A stretch of 64,000 bases of DNA from a virus (taxonomy: Duplodnaviria; Caudoviricetes). The DNA is taken from positions 20,137 to 84,136 of IMG/VR virus record IMGVR_UViG_3300002220_000003; one strand, given 5' to 3'. This document shows, piece by piece, positions 36,821-47,343 of this stretch. The notes beneath the pieces are model-generated. The model was not told the DNA's origin. It made no database searches and saw nothing but the letters and a program-made list of their open reading frames with translations. How positions within the stretch are numbered: position 1 is the stretch's first letter; every line of letters begins with the position of its first letter. The translations under genes and the position numbers were made by a program.

Positions 36821-37297
36821 TTACTTTTTGCTCAAGAAGGCGCTGAAGGTCGGCCCGGTTACAAAGGTCCCGCCGAACATGACCTTAACCCTCAAATACT
36901 GATATATCGTTCCGCAAAAATCATTTGTCCACGGAAGGACATATCTGCCTGTCGATGGAGAGCCGTTTGAGGCACCAAAGGATCCACCCATCTTGATTGA
37001 TTCTGCCGCGAAGGCAATGCCAACACCCAGCCGGGCAAGCGTCTGAAATCCCTTATCAAAGCTCGAAAGATTCGATCCTCTGACGCAAAAGAACAATGCC
37101 TGACCGCTGGCAACCGTCGTAAAGTTGGTATCAACGGCCGAAATATCAACGATCAATTTGCCCTCAGTAAACCCGCCGCCGGTATCAATCGTAACCGGAG
37201 CAGCTGCCCCATATGTGCAGTAGGCCGCCGTGGCCAAAACCGCTGAAGCTCTTAACATCAGGTCTTCATCTACGATATGTTTTCTCTGATCCAACAT
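36821..37297 (-). CDS. Capsid cement/decoration protein (Bbp16-like)
   Basis: Directly after MCP; IDTGGG, YVLPWTN, YQYLRV, FSAFL. Confidence 0.65.
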   Translation of the reverse strand: MLDQRKHIVDEDLMLRASAVLATAAYCTYGAAAPVTIDTGGGFTEGKLIVDISAVDTNFTTVASGQALFFCVRGSNLSSFDKGFQTLARLGVGIAFAAESIKMGGSFGASNGSPSTGRYVLPWTNDFCGTIYQYLRVKVMFGGTFVTGPTFSAFLSKK

Positions 37298-37338
37298 GTC
37301 AAAACCTCCTTATAAATTTTTTATCCCGCACATAGCGG

Positions 37339-38271
37339 TTATGCAGTTGCCGTTGTGTTCTGGATATATCTCAAGCGGGCAATCGCTCTCGGACGGAGAA
37401 CAGCCAGAGAAATATACCATTCAACCCTTGTCCTGAAAGCAGGCTTCTCATCAAGCTCACCGAGATCCCTGACCTGCATCTCCTGATTCTGGAGACCGAC
37501 AACGCCATTTTCCGCGAAGGATGTGCAGTAGATGGAACAACAAACCGAACTTCCCGATGCAGCCGCTTCGTCAAAGGACATGATGTCGGTATTGGTATTG
37601 TCCTTATCGACAATGAGAATTGGCAGATCGTTATACTGCGTAACCCGGCGACCGAAAGCATCAACGGAATATGTGATATATCCGCCAACCGTGCTTGTCC
37701 TTGCCGCCTGCGTCAGCCGCCTTCTCATCGTTTTATTCATGACGAGATGTGTCGGCTCTTCGACGACATCAATCAATTCGTCGAGTTTGATGAGAGACAG
37801 GCCGGCCCCTGATGCAGCAGAGCTGTTATCCACCAGATTATCACCCGTGCACCTGACCTGAAAACCGTCCATGCCCTTCGGGGTCGTGGTAACATCGCCC
37901 TTGATTATTTCCTTTGTCATGGAGAGGGCAAGGGCCTTGATCTTGAGTCCTTCCTGAATCGCTCTCTGATCATCACCGCCGGTATCAACAAGGAATTTGT
38001 CAACATCAATATCACCACCGGCGATGCAGAGCGCCTCAGTGATATTGTCGACTTCCCCTGTCCCTTCAGCAAAGGCCTCGTTTACTGCCCTGAAGGCGAT
38101 GTCCGGCAGGGTCTTTTCTCTGTTGAAAGAGAGGGCATTACCCTGAATGTTTTCGAATGGGAGCGACTGCAAAACATCGGAGCTTTTGGCATAAAGCTCC
38201 ATGATCGTTGCTTTCAGCGTCTCATCCTTTCCCATAGCAATTTTCGCAGATTCGATAAGTGTTAAAGCCAT
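37339..38271 (-). CDS. Major capsid protein (HK97 fold)
   Basis: 310 aa after scaffold; LPFENIQGNALSFNREKTLP, LVMNKTMRR, RTRVEWY. Confidence 0.88.
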   Translation of the reverse strand: MALTLIESAKIAMGKDETLKATIMELYAKSSDVLQSLPFENIQGNALSFNREKTLPDIAFRAVNEAFAEGTGEVDNITEALCIAGGDIDVDKFLVDTGGDDQRAIQEGLKIKALALSMTKEIIKGDVTTTPKGMDGFQVRCTGDNLVDNSSAASGAGLSLIKLDELIDVVEEPTHLVMNKTMRRRLTQAARTSTVGGYITYSVDAFGRRVTQYNDLPILIVDKDNTNTDIMSFDEAAASGSSVCCSIYCTSFAENGVVGLQNQEMQVRDLGELDEKPAFRTRVEWYISLAVLRPRAIARLRYIQNTTATA

Positions 38272-38305
38272 GATCTAACCTCCTTTTGTTTTTTATGTCC
38301 GTGGA

Positions 38306-38427
38306 TAAAAAAATCCCGGACAGATTATTTAACTTCTAATCCCTCCGGGATTCGATACTCTATCACCGATAGATATCTAATTTTTTTGATCTCCCCGCGT
38401 CAGCCCGCCGGGCTCAAGGGGAAATCA
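38306..38427 (-). other. Three consecutive hairpins between scaffold and MCP, last followed by U-run
   Basis: Stems at 38387-38427, 38354-38377, 38312-38352. Confidence 0.55.
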
Positions 38428-38430
38428 GAT

Positions 38431-39201
38431 TTACTTTTTCACACCTCCTTGACTATGAATATATTTCAATCTCTCTTGAGGTGGTAATTTTGCAAGATCC
38501 TGTTTTGTCCCAAATCCCGCACTACCGCCACTTTTATCACTTCCGCCCGCGCCGCCGCCACCCGAAGATTCAAAAAGAAAAGGAGCAGTTGTAACCAAGG
38601 CCTGTGCCCATTCAGTAAATGTCAAGGCCTCTTTTCCATCCTTACCATACAATAATCTATCGCCTTCTTTTGGAACAGGTTTATTATCTTCAAGCCTCCA
38701 TGTCTGCCGGCCTCTGGAAAGTATGTCCTGCATGGCTTCTTTTCGAACAACTCCTACCGCATTAACGGCCTTTGTAATTTCGCTGTCTATCAAAACTTCC
38801 GAGAGCCTCTGGGTCGTACTCGTCAAATTCTTTTCTCTTTCATCGATGGCGAGCTTGAGCTGTTTGATCTGCTCATCATAATCAGCCTTCATCCGTTCGA
38901 CTTTCTGATTGACAAGCTCATCGATCTTACCGGCCTCAATCAACTTTTTGTCGTCAACGGCCTGTAGTTTTTTCTTCATCGCCTGCAATTCATCAAGGTC
39001 GACACCATCAAACTTTTTCTTCATTGCTTCCAATTCTTTCTGTAATTTGATGTTATTTTCCCTGAACTCGGCGATCTTCTGCTTTGCTCCTTCATCCTCC
39101 TCCGTCTGCAAATGAAACTTGCCGTCTCCACCCTGCTTATACAAAGCGGCAACGGCCTCTGACAGACCTTCAAGATTCTCTACAACCAGTTTTAACGCCA
39201 T
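38431..39201 (-). CDS. Capsid scaffolding protein
   Basis: ALYKQGGDGKFHL, FRENNIKL, coiled coil, PFLFESSGGGGA. Confidence 0.8.
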   Translation of the reverse strand: MALKLVVENLEGLSEAVAALYKQGGDGKFHLQTEEDEGAKQKIAEFRENNIKLQKELEAMKKKFDGVDLDELQAMKKKLQAVDDKKLIEAGKIDELVNQKVERMKADYDEQIKQLKLAIDEREKNLTSTTQRLSEVLIDSEITKAVNAVGVVRKEAMQDILSRGRQTWRLEDNKPVPKEGDRLLYGKDGKEALTFTEWAQALVTTAPFLFESSGGGGAGGSDKSGGSAGFGTKQDLAKLPPQERLKYIHSQGGVKK

Positions 39202-39245
39202 GATCTCCTCCCGGTTTATTTACTTACCCTGCATCATTATATTTA

Positions 39246-39274
39246 ACTATAACAAATATAATAACTGGAGTCAA
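39246..39274 (-). promoter_or_regulatory. sigma70-type promoter upstream of scaffold/capsid genes
   Basis: TTGACT, 17 nt, TGnTATAGT. Confidence 0.65.
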
Positions 39275-39295
39275 GAAAAAAATAGAATTTTTTGA

Positions 39296-39661
39296 TTAGG
39301 AGGAAAGATTATTTTCTTGTTTGAATAATGCTATTTCATCATTCTCAAGGAGGGAATAAATCAATTTTGCCACCATCTGTCTTGTAAGACCATTTTCCTT
39401 TACCGCTTCATCCCATTGTTTATATCCCGGATACAATGGATCGTCAGGAGAAATGATCATGATCTGACAATCTCCAATTTTCCATGGCCCTTCACCCTCA
39501 ATCTCTCCGGGAACAAAATGAAAGGGATGAAAAGAGGCTTCATACCATCCCACATCGGCAAACCATATTCCATCCTTACCCTTGAAAAGTTCGGCGATAA
39601 TCCTTTCTCCACCAATAGGATGAATGATCTTTAATGGTTTATTGATCTGAAACAGATCCAT
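39296..39661 (-). CDS. Hypothetical protein
   Basis: 121-aa ORF, coupled. Confidence 0.6.
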   Translation of the reverse strand: MDLFQINKPLKIIHPIGGERIIAELFKGKDGIWFADVGWYEASFHPFHFVPGEIEGEGPWKIGDCQIMIISPDDPLYPGYKQWDEAVKENGLTRQMVAKLIYSLLENDEIALFKQENNLSS

Positions 39662-39864
39662 TATTCCTCCTTCTCATATACGATTTCATTTAATTGATCA
39701 TCCGTCGGAGTGAGATGTTTATCATTCCCATAGGCAATATTATTAGGAATTCCTTCTGGAAATGCTTCACAAATTACAATCTCTGACCTCTCTGTTCCGT
39801 CAGGCTGATCAACTCCTATAAAATACTTACATCGACGGATACTACATTTTGGTTCTTCGATCAT
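39661..39864 (-). CDS. Small Cys-containing protein
   Basis: CKYF...CEAFPEGIP; follows MuF gene. Confidence 0.6.
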   Translation of the reverse strand: MIEEPKCSIRRCKYFIGVDQPDGTERSEIVICEAFPEGIPNNIAYGNDKHLTPTDDQLNEIVYEKEE

Positions 39865-39905
39865 TTTATCTCCTGATATATTATATCATATTTTTAAGAA
39901 TACTT

Positions 39906-42900
39906 TTATACTCCATATTTTTTCTTAATAACTACCTGTTGTAAAGGTCGGCCGTCAGGAAATTTTGTATAACCATGGTTTCTAAAAACATTTATAACAT
40001 TATCTACTTCGCTCTGATCATCACAAATTATATATTTGAGTTTCTCAAAAATACTAAGGCTATTTTTAAAATTTGTTTCATTATATCTATCAGCGGTCGC
40101 ACCTTTCCATTGTTGAATATTGCCCCGTAATCTATTATTGGCTATATACTCTTGAGACGACACTCTTCCATATGAATCCCCTCCATAGCTTATAGCATCA
40201 AGCCTTCTAAGAAGATCAGTATCCCATACAAGTCCTTGTTGTTTTTCAGCCATTCCAACCTTCCATATCCTTGTAAAAACATAATCTGCACCACCGGATG
40301 ACATATCTCTCTCCGGGGACATTCCGCCCCATTTTATTCCCGTCCTGATTTTATCCGTCGTTGAAATAAGGCTGCCGCCGGAATTGAGAACGGCATCCAT
40401 GCTTTTTACCATATCGCCTGAGTGTAATGAATGATATATAACATAATCTTGTCTGAATTGATCAAATTCCGGAGTGCCAACAAGATCCGGACGCCATCTT
40501 CTTGTCATTCCTGTATCAAATGGCCCCCGTGATCCCGCCGGATTATATCCGGGAAGACTTGTCACATTATCAACCCCCAATCTTTGACTAACCTCCTGCC
40601 GGAGAGCAAGGACCTGATTTTGAGGAGGAAGATTTTTAATTGATTGAATAAAAGACAAACTATTTGAAGCATTTTCCTGATACAAAATCTGCTTCAGATA
40701 TAAGACCTCTTCATCAAGGACCGACGGAATCGAAACATCGATATTTAATTTTTTAAGGATCGAAATAACTTTATCCGATACCTCTTTTCCTTCACCTTCG
40801 GCAATAATCTGTACTTTGCCTTTGAGGGCAAAACTTATTTTCCCGTCTTTAGCCGGCCAATATCTTATTTTAACGCCTTCGATTTCACCTTCGTAATAAT
40901 GAACATATGAAGACGTTCCATTAAAAGTAATATGTTCCCCGGTATCAACGGCAAATCCTCTTTGCAATTTTCTCTCTTCAAAAAATCCTTTTACCTTTTT
41001 CAAAAATTGATCAGATTGTTTAGTTTTTACCTTTTTAATAATTTCAGAGATATCTCTAAATGCATTTAACTTACTCACCAAAACATCTACCCTACCACCA
41101 ACACCAACATCTTCCACCTCTTTCAAAAAATTTATCCACTTGCCAAAATGATTTTCAAAAGCAATTATGTCCTCATTTAAAATTAAACCCTCACTACCCT
41201 TTGATACCAATGTTGAATAAATCTGATCGTATGATTTAATAGCAGCCTTTGCCCTCGTAACATCTACCTCTCGAATGGATCCCGACGCAAGATTATCCAT
41301 CTGTTTATTGATCCCTTTGATAGCCATTATCGTATCATTATAAATTTTATTGGTAGAAATAACGGCGGGTTGATCAGCCTCTTGTTCTGCAAATTTAACA
41401 AATTTATTAAGATTTGTCGCTCCTTTTTCTCTGACCTTCAAATTAACCCATGTCCTCTTATTACCAGACGGATCAGTATCCACATAAAACAAAAGATTAT
41501 GATCTTCGATATCTTCTTTATCAACTCTAACACTATATCCGGAAATACGGGAATTGGTTATCTGCTCCTGCTCAAAGGTAGTAATTAATTGGCCCGCCTG
41601 TGATGGAGGGGTAACAGGTTTTGATAATTGCTCCGGTTTAATATGAGGAAATTTCTTCGCGATATCATCCCTTCTTGCAATCAAAGTACTAACCAATTCT
41701 TTTGCATCTCCCGGGTCTGTCGGTCCAAATTCATTTACCAATGATCGGATCCGAGCATCAGAAATAGAAATTACTTTTCTCACTCCATTTTCCAAATCGC
41801 CTTGTTTAATATTACCAAAGACTTTTGCCGCTTGTGCATTACTCCCGGGATTTCTCATACTATCAAGTTCGGTAACGATATTTCCAAAAGACTTTCCTTT
41901 AAGCCCTCCCTGTGCACGATATCTGAGTGATCCGCCGACATCAATTCTGATAGCCCTTGTCCCCTTTTGCAAAAGATTATCAAAATTTAATCCAACAACA
42001 TCCCAATCCCCTAACCATGCATCAACTACAAAATCATCTCCGATCCCCGATATAAAACTTCTTTTAACACCCTGCATATCAAGTGATGAAAGATCATCAA
42101 TAATCCGAGATGCAATTCCAAGTTTATCCCCGACCTTGACATAACTTAACTCAGGCACTTCAACCCCTGCGGCCTGATACAATTTACTTGCAAGCATTTC
42201 ATTCCTTGCAACATCAATGCTATCCGGAATCTTAACATAATATCTATCGGCGGGATTATCTTTCATATGATAATATCCCCCGGTATTAGATCCCTTTTGT
42301 TCTCCATACTTAATCATGTCATCAAAATTAAGCATTGGAGATTGTGCTTTGGTATACGTCCATTTTGAGGGCATGTCGCCAGGTAAATCAAATTTTCCTG
42401 CAAGAAATTCCCATTTGTCTTTCGCGCTTGATTTTAAAAAGTCTTCTATCTCATCATCATATAAAGAATTCAATAAGTCTTTACCTGTCGGAGTTGAAAG
42501 AATATCATCGATCTCTTTAATCCCTGATGTCCCTATTTTTGGGAGGCCCCCGGGCTCAGGAGCAGTAACTATTTTTGGTGGCGGAGTCTTGCCTATTTTA
42601 CCGAGAGCTTTTTCTATCTTGAGATCCCACAATTCCTTTTCTGCTGCCGATAAAGAATCATAAGCAGCCTGCCAGCCGGGGGAAGGCGGCTGCCCTGCTA
42701 CTTTAGCCGCTTTGTATTTTTGCAAATAGGCATTCTTGATCTTTTCATACTGGACCTTTTCTATCGGATCCGTTAGATCATAAATCTTTTTACCTCCGAG
42801 AGTGGCCGTAGTAACCGTTTTTTGCTTGATAAGATTTTCAAGTTGTCCCTGAATAAACAAAATCTTATCATCACCATTCGGCATGGCGGTAACCTGTGAT

Positions 42901-45896
42901 ATGATATCTGTTAAATCCTTTGTTGATACTTTACCGGAATACTGCTCAATAACTGCTTTAAGATTATTTGAATAAGTCAATAAATCTTGTTTATATGTCG
43001 CAAGAGAAGATTTAAGTTTCGCAAGTCTTTCCTCTATCGTACCGAGATTATATATTTCTTCCATCAAACCTTGATTTTTGGCAAACATTTGAGCAGCCTC
43101 GGCGGTAGAGGCCAGATTAACAAATTCATTGCCAAATTTTGCATCCTTGACTACATTACTTAAATATTCATATTTTTCTTTTTGGGCTCCAAAAGAATTT
43201 GCTATGTTTAAATATTGCGTATCTATACTATTAAATAACGCCGGATCTTCTGCTATCAAATCACTTATCTTATTTTTATAAAGAATTTCCTCGTTTTTAT
43301 GTTCTTCGATAGCCCTTTCAAGTTTGCTTATTTTCTTATTGAGATCAGCCTCTTTTTCTAATTCACCTGCAAGATTAGGATTTTTGGCCAATATTATATG
43401 TGCTTCATCTGTCATTACAAGTTTATTATATTGTGCTGCGGGGCCTTGAGTTAAATCGGTCATTTTATTCTTGATCGCCTGATATCTGATTTTGTAATCA
43501 GCCGGCAGCAAACCTTCCGCCTTTAAGGCCTGCTCTGCTTCAATTGCCAACGGATCAGCCTGCTTCAATTTCTGCATTGCCTTGAAATATTTAACAGTGG
43601 TATTATGCTTTTTCTCCATGACAAAATTATAGGCTTTAACGGGGTCATCACCAACAGAGCCCGCAAATTTTTCAAGCGTCTCCGCTTCTATTCCCCCCGA
43701 TTGCAACCATACTTCGAGTTTAGCCGAAGCATGTGTTTTCATAGTCTCTTGTGCAATCACAAACTTTGTCTTTGTAGATACGTCATCAAATGTTTCAAGC
43801 ATTTTATTGGCTTCTTTTGCCAGACTCGGATGAACTTTGCTTAACAGATCATCAAGCTCTTGCGTTGCTTTAACTTCTGCCGGATCCTCAATAAAAGAAA
43901 AAAATTGTTTTGCCTTAAAAGTTTTAGGTGTCTTCTCAACAAGGACTTTGGGGATCATCTTCTCTTCTTTTTTGAATAATCCATCAAAATATTTTTCAAA
44001 AACTTGAGGTAAATTCCCCTTATGATAATTGGGATGAACATAAACGCTGAATACCTCCGCAAATCCTTCGCTCTCACTTGTAGCAGCGTACTTTGAAACA
44101 TATTGCCTTATTTGATGCTTTGTTTTCGATTCATATAAAATATTCCATGCATCTCTATTAGCCTTACTCATATTATAATAAATGTAATGCCCATACTCAT
44201 GTCTCATAACAGGCAAAACTCCCTTTCCAGAAGCATTCCATTCACCTATCGAGATATCACTTTCAATCATTTTTTTCAAAGAAATTTCTATCTTTCTTTT
44301 ATAAAGATAAAATCTCCCCAAAATATTAGGAGAAGCAATATATTTTTCATCAACAAAAACCATTTTTTTAAGAGGATGATGATGAAAAACAACATTTTCG
44401 ATATCATATTGACTTTGAATCCTTATTAAATCTTCTCCAACAGCATTAATAGCTTGCACATTTTTTAATCCTTTACCTTTACTACCAATTTTCTTGATCC
44501 CAACAATCTGAAAAGATTCAGGTGACATTTCATTTACTGATAACATTGTCCATTTCTTTAATCCTTTCTCAGGAACAAGATCACCATGAATCTCTTTATA
44601 TAAGGATGTGGGGGTATGTCCTGCATTTTCAATCGTCCTATATGCAACCTCTCCTTCAGGCATTGTTGCAAGAAAATCACCAAACTCTTTTTCATTCATC
44701 AATATTGCCGCCTGATTCTTGATATGTTCAAGCAAGGTTTGCTCCCTGATTGCAATAGAAGCCCCCTCTCCGATTCTCGCCTCCAACTCCGGCAGGGTCA
44801 ACAATCTTCCATTCTGATGGATCAAATCTTCCATAGTTAACTTGTTATCGATCCATAATTTTCGTCTGGTGATACCAAGAATATCTTCCTGCACTTCTTT
44901 CGATTGACTCAGCAACCAAGTATTATAATCCATTACCGATGAAACCGGGCCGCCCATCGATGCCCTTTGCCCGGCTGGCATCACTTGTATTAGCGCCTCT
45001 TTCTCTTTTTTATTTAGAAGCGACTCATCGTCCATCAATTCCCTATAACTCTTTGTAATCGGCAGAAGAGTGCTTCGGCAATTCCAATGAAATGGCGGGC
45101 CACCGACGGGATAAGGAATGGTATGTCCGACAGGATTAAAATTAAGATCATATTGCTTACCATCAAGACTGCGACAAAGAGGAGTTGTCCGTGTATCAAG
45201 AGTGGCAATAACCTGATATCCTTTTAAAAGATCCTCGTTTTGTTTATACATTTGCATACGGGTCGCATTTGCAACTTGCAGGGTAGATGTCCTGACAAGT
45301 GCGGCAGCTTCTCTTTTAGGTATCGACATTATGCCGGGAGTTAAAGCCGTGCCTCGGATCCTACCGATCATCTCGCCAACGGATTCACCTTGCACCATTC
45401 CGATCTGTAACTGTTGGGTCGCCTGATTAATCTGCCCTATTAATTTCGCTTTGGTATCTTCGCTTTGCTTATCCCACCATGCACCAATGATATTACCATC
45501 AATCATAGTTTTTGTAGCAATGCTTTCAAGTAATTCAGGAGTTAATGTCACATCAAAAATATTAACGCCTACTGCGGCATTAAGCCCGTTCTTTGTCGCC
45601 TGCATAGTTGCCGGAATTATAGCCTTCAAAGAATCTTGAGAAACTATCTTTATTTCCTGATATGATCCATCGATAATTTCAAAAATTTTTCCATTGAGTG
45701 TCTTCAATCTCTCTTCCCGCCATTTAGTAAGAGTAGGCCCGGTCGGATCCACTTCGGCTATCTTACCAATAATTTCCTGTTGAGTTTTATCGAGAATTGA
45801 AATGATATTCTTTTTTACGCTCTCACTATATCTCTCGAGATCGATAGTATTCTTAATAATATTGTCTGCTATCTTGTCAGAAACTCCCGGGGGCAT
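39906..45896 (-). CDS. MuF minor head protein fused to zincin, kinase-like and ART-like domains
   Basis: MuF LDTRTTPLCRSLDG...PPFHWNCRS; HEYGH...EGFAE; YYVK...NEMLASKLY...DAWLGDWD...DN...IDVG; C-terminal YHSL...YVFT...NET. Confidence 0.82.
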   Translation of the reverse strand: MPPGVSDKIADNIIKNTIDLERYSESVKKNIISILDKTQQEIIGKIAEVDPTGPTLTKWREERLKTLNGKIFEIIDGSYQEIKIVSQDSLKAIIPATMQATKNGLNAAVGVNIFDVTLTPELLESIATKTMIDGNIIGAWWDKQSEDTKAKLIGQINQATQQLQIGMVQGESVGEMIGRIRGTALTPGIMSIPKREAAALVRTSTLQVANATRMQMYKQNEDLLKGYQVIATLDTRTTPLCRSLDGKQYDLNFNPVGHTIPYPVGGPPFHWNCRSTLLPITKSYRELMDDESLLNKKEKEALIQVMPAGQRASMGGPVSSVMDYNTWLLSQSKEVQEDILGITRRKLWIDNKLTMEDLIHQNGRLLTLPELEARIGEGASIAIREQTLLEHIKNQAAILMNEKEFGDFLATMPEGEVAYRTIENAGHTPTSLYKEIHGDLVPEKGLKKWTMLSVNEMSPESFQIVGIKKIGSKGKGLKNVQAINAVGEDLIRIQSQYDIENVVFHHHPLKKMVFVDEKYIASPNILGRFYLYKRKIEISLKKMIESDISIGEWNASGKGVLPVMRHEYGHYIYYNMSKANRDAWNILYESKTKHQIRQYVSKYAATSESEGFAEVFSVYVHPNYHKGNLPQVFEKYFDGLFKKEEKMIPKVLVEKTPKTFKAKQFFSFIEDPAEVKATQELDDLLSKVHPSLAKEANKMLETFDDVSTKTKFVIAQETMKTHASAKLEVWLQSGGIEAETLEKFAGSVGDDPVKAYNFVMEKKHNTTVKYFKAMQKLKQADPLAIEAEQALKAEGLLPADYKIRYQAIKNKMTDLTQGPAAQYNKLVMTDEAHIILAKNPNLAGELEKEADLNKKISKLERAIEEHKNEEILYKNKISDLIAEDPALFNSIDTQYLNIANSFGAQKEKYEYLSNVVKDAKFGNEFVNLASTAEAAQMFAKNQGLMEEIYNLGTIEERLAKLKSSLATYKQDLLTYSNNLKAVIEQYSGKVSTKDLTDIISQVTAMPNGDDKILFIQGQLENLIKQKTVTTATLGGKKIYDLTDPIEKVQYEKIKNAYLQKYKAAKVAGQPPSPGWQAAYDSLSAAEKELWDLKIEKALGKIGKTPPPKIVTAPEPGGLPKIGTSGIKEIDDILSTPTGKDLLNSLYDDEIEDFLKSSAKDKWEFLAGKFDLPGDMPSKWTYTKAQSPMLNFDDMIKYGEQKGSNTGGYYHMKDNPADRYYVKIPDSIDVARNEMLASKLYQAAGVEVPELSYVKVGDKLGIASRIIDDLSSLDMQGVKRSFISGIGDDFVVDAWLGDWDVVGLNFDNLLQKGTRAIRIDVGGSLRYRAQGGLKGKSFGNIVTELDSMRNPGSNAQAAKVFGNIKQGDLENGVRKVISISDARIRSLVNEFGPTDPGDAKELVSTLIARRDDIAKKFPHIKPEQLSKPVTPPSQAGQLITTFEQEQITNSRISGYSVRVDKEDIEDHNLLFYVDTDPSGNKRTWVNLKVREKGATNLNKFVKFAEQEADQPAVISTNKIYNDTIMAIKGINKQMDNLASGSIREVDVTRAKAAIKSYDQIYSTLVSKGSEGLILNEDIIAFENHFGKWINFLKEVEDVGVGGRVDVLVSKLNAFRDISEIIKKVKTKQSDQFLKKVKGFFEERKLQRGFAVDTGEHITFNGTSSYVHYYEGEIEGVKIRYWPAKDGKISFALKGKVQIIAEGEGKEVSDKVISILKKLNIDVSIPSVLDEEVLYLKQILYQENASNSLSFIQSIKNLPPQNQVLALRQEVSQRLGVDNVTSLPGYNPAGSRGPFDTGMTRRWRPDLVGTPEFDQFRQDYVIYHSLHSGDMVKSMDAVLNSGGSLISTTDKIRTGIKWGGMSPERDMSSGGADYVFTRIWKVGMAEKQQGLVWDTDLLRRLDAISYGGDSYGRVSSQEYIANNRLRGNIQQWKGATADRYNETNFKNSLSIFEKLKYIICDDQSEVDNVINVFRNHGYTKFPDGRPLQQVVIKKKYGV

Positions 45897-45900
45897 TAAA

Positions 45901-47343
45901 TTACTTCCTTATCGGCGTTATTTTACGATCACCCGTCGCACCGGTAGCCCCGGAAAAATCAGTAGAAAATTCATCCACAGGGGCTTCCGATTTAATAAGG
46001 TCTTTTTCATCTTGAATCGATCTGTCAGGAGGTAAAATTTCACCGGCCTGTAAGTTATAAAGGAAAGTGTCCATCGATATCCTGCCGGCCTGCACAGCTT
46101 GAAGAAGGGCCGTGATGTCCTGCGGGGTCAATTTCTGGGAAACAAAATCTTTACTCATTCTAACAATAATTTCCTGATCGATCCCCATCCACCATGCCAT
46201 AAAAGTGAGGGCCTTTCCGATACCCTCCTCTACCGACTGCACTATTGCAGACAAAGTAGCCGTATCACCTGATATCCTTAACTTAATAGCTTCGGCGGCC
46301 TCTACTCCCATCTTTTGTTCTTCAAGAAGCCTCGCTCCCATGACCGCCATCAATTTTTCAAGTTTATCAAGGGCCTTCTCCATCGACAATAATCCCGCCC
46401 CGGAAAATTCAAGGAATCCACATTTGGCCTGCGGATCTTCCGAAATCCATGCCTTTTGAGATCCAATATATAATGCTCCTTCGATCCTAAATCCTGCGGC
46501 CCATGGTGTAGGAATTGCACAATAATGAAGACCATGATAATAATCGGTAGATACCTGCCAATGTTTTATATTGAGATTACCGACATCCAGTAATGGCGGT
46601 TTAGAAGGTATGGGAAAAGTCCCATCGGCAGAGATAAAGACAAAAGGAATCTCTTCTAAAAACACTCCTGCTTTGGTAGGAATAATCTCTTCCAATCTCT
46701 CTTGCCACATATCACCATTTGCGCCCGGTTTTTCCATCTTGTCAAAAATCTTTTGTTTATAATAACCATCTTCTTTATCAATATAACAGACTCTGATAAT
46801 ATCCTTATTGATCAGAATATAAGGATCTTCAGAATCTTGCTGATATTCCACTTCGGCAAGGGCGATCATCAATAATCGATCTTCGCCATTAATTCTTTCG
46901 GTATACCAATTAAGAATGTCCGTACATTTGTATAATGCCATATAGGGAGGAAGATTTGCCGGGCTCTCTTTAGGACGATCGACCAGAATCCCAAAAAAAC
47001 CATAGCTTAAAACATTGTCAGCAGTAAACCTGATAACTTCATGAATCGATTGATTTGCCGTTGTAACGTCAACTAAAGTCTCTTGCAGAATTTCAGGGGC
47101 CTCTATCTCTGCATCCTTCCTGATAATGGCCCCAACTAAACCCTGCAAGGTACGGGATGTCGCATTAAAAAAACTTCCCCTATTAACATATGCCAAATAT
47201 TCTTCGCCCGATTGCCCCGATAACTTTGGTAAATATGTCTCTCCTGCACCCTTGATTGTTCTTTCCCCGGCGATAACATCGGAAATCATCTGCCAGTCTA
47301 AAACATACTTATCATATAGTGGATTTTTTGTATCAGGTTTCAT
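45901..47343 (-). CDS. Portal protein (DUF4055-like)
   Basis: YLPKL, RGSFFNATSRT, PPLLD..LNIKHWQ, upstream of MuF. Confidence 0.88.
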   Translation of the reverse strand: MKPDTKNPLYDKYVLDWQMISDVIAGERTIKGAGETYLPKLSGQSGEEYLAYVNRGSFFNATSRTLQGLVGAIIRKDAEIEAPEILQETLVDVTTANQSIHEVIRFTADNVLSYGFFGILVDRPKESPANLPPYMALYKCTDILNWYTERINGEDRLLMIALAEVEYQQDSEDPYILINKDIIRVCYIDKEDGYYKQKIFDKMEKPGANGDMWQERLEEIIPTKAGVFLEEIPFVFISADGTFPIPSKPPLLDVGNLNIKHWQVSTDYYHGLHYCAIPTPWAAGFRIEGALYIGSQKAWISEDPQAKCGFLEFSGAGLLSMEKALDKLEKLMAVMGARLLEEQKMGVEAAEAIKLRISGDTATLSAIVQSVEEGIGKALTFMAWWMGIDQEIIVRMSKDFVSQKLTPQDITALLQAVQAGRISMDTFLYNLQAGEILPPDRSIQDEKDLIKSEAPVDEFSTDFSGATGATGDRKITPIRK

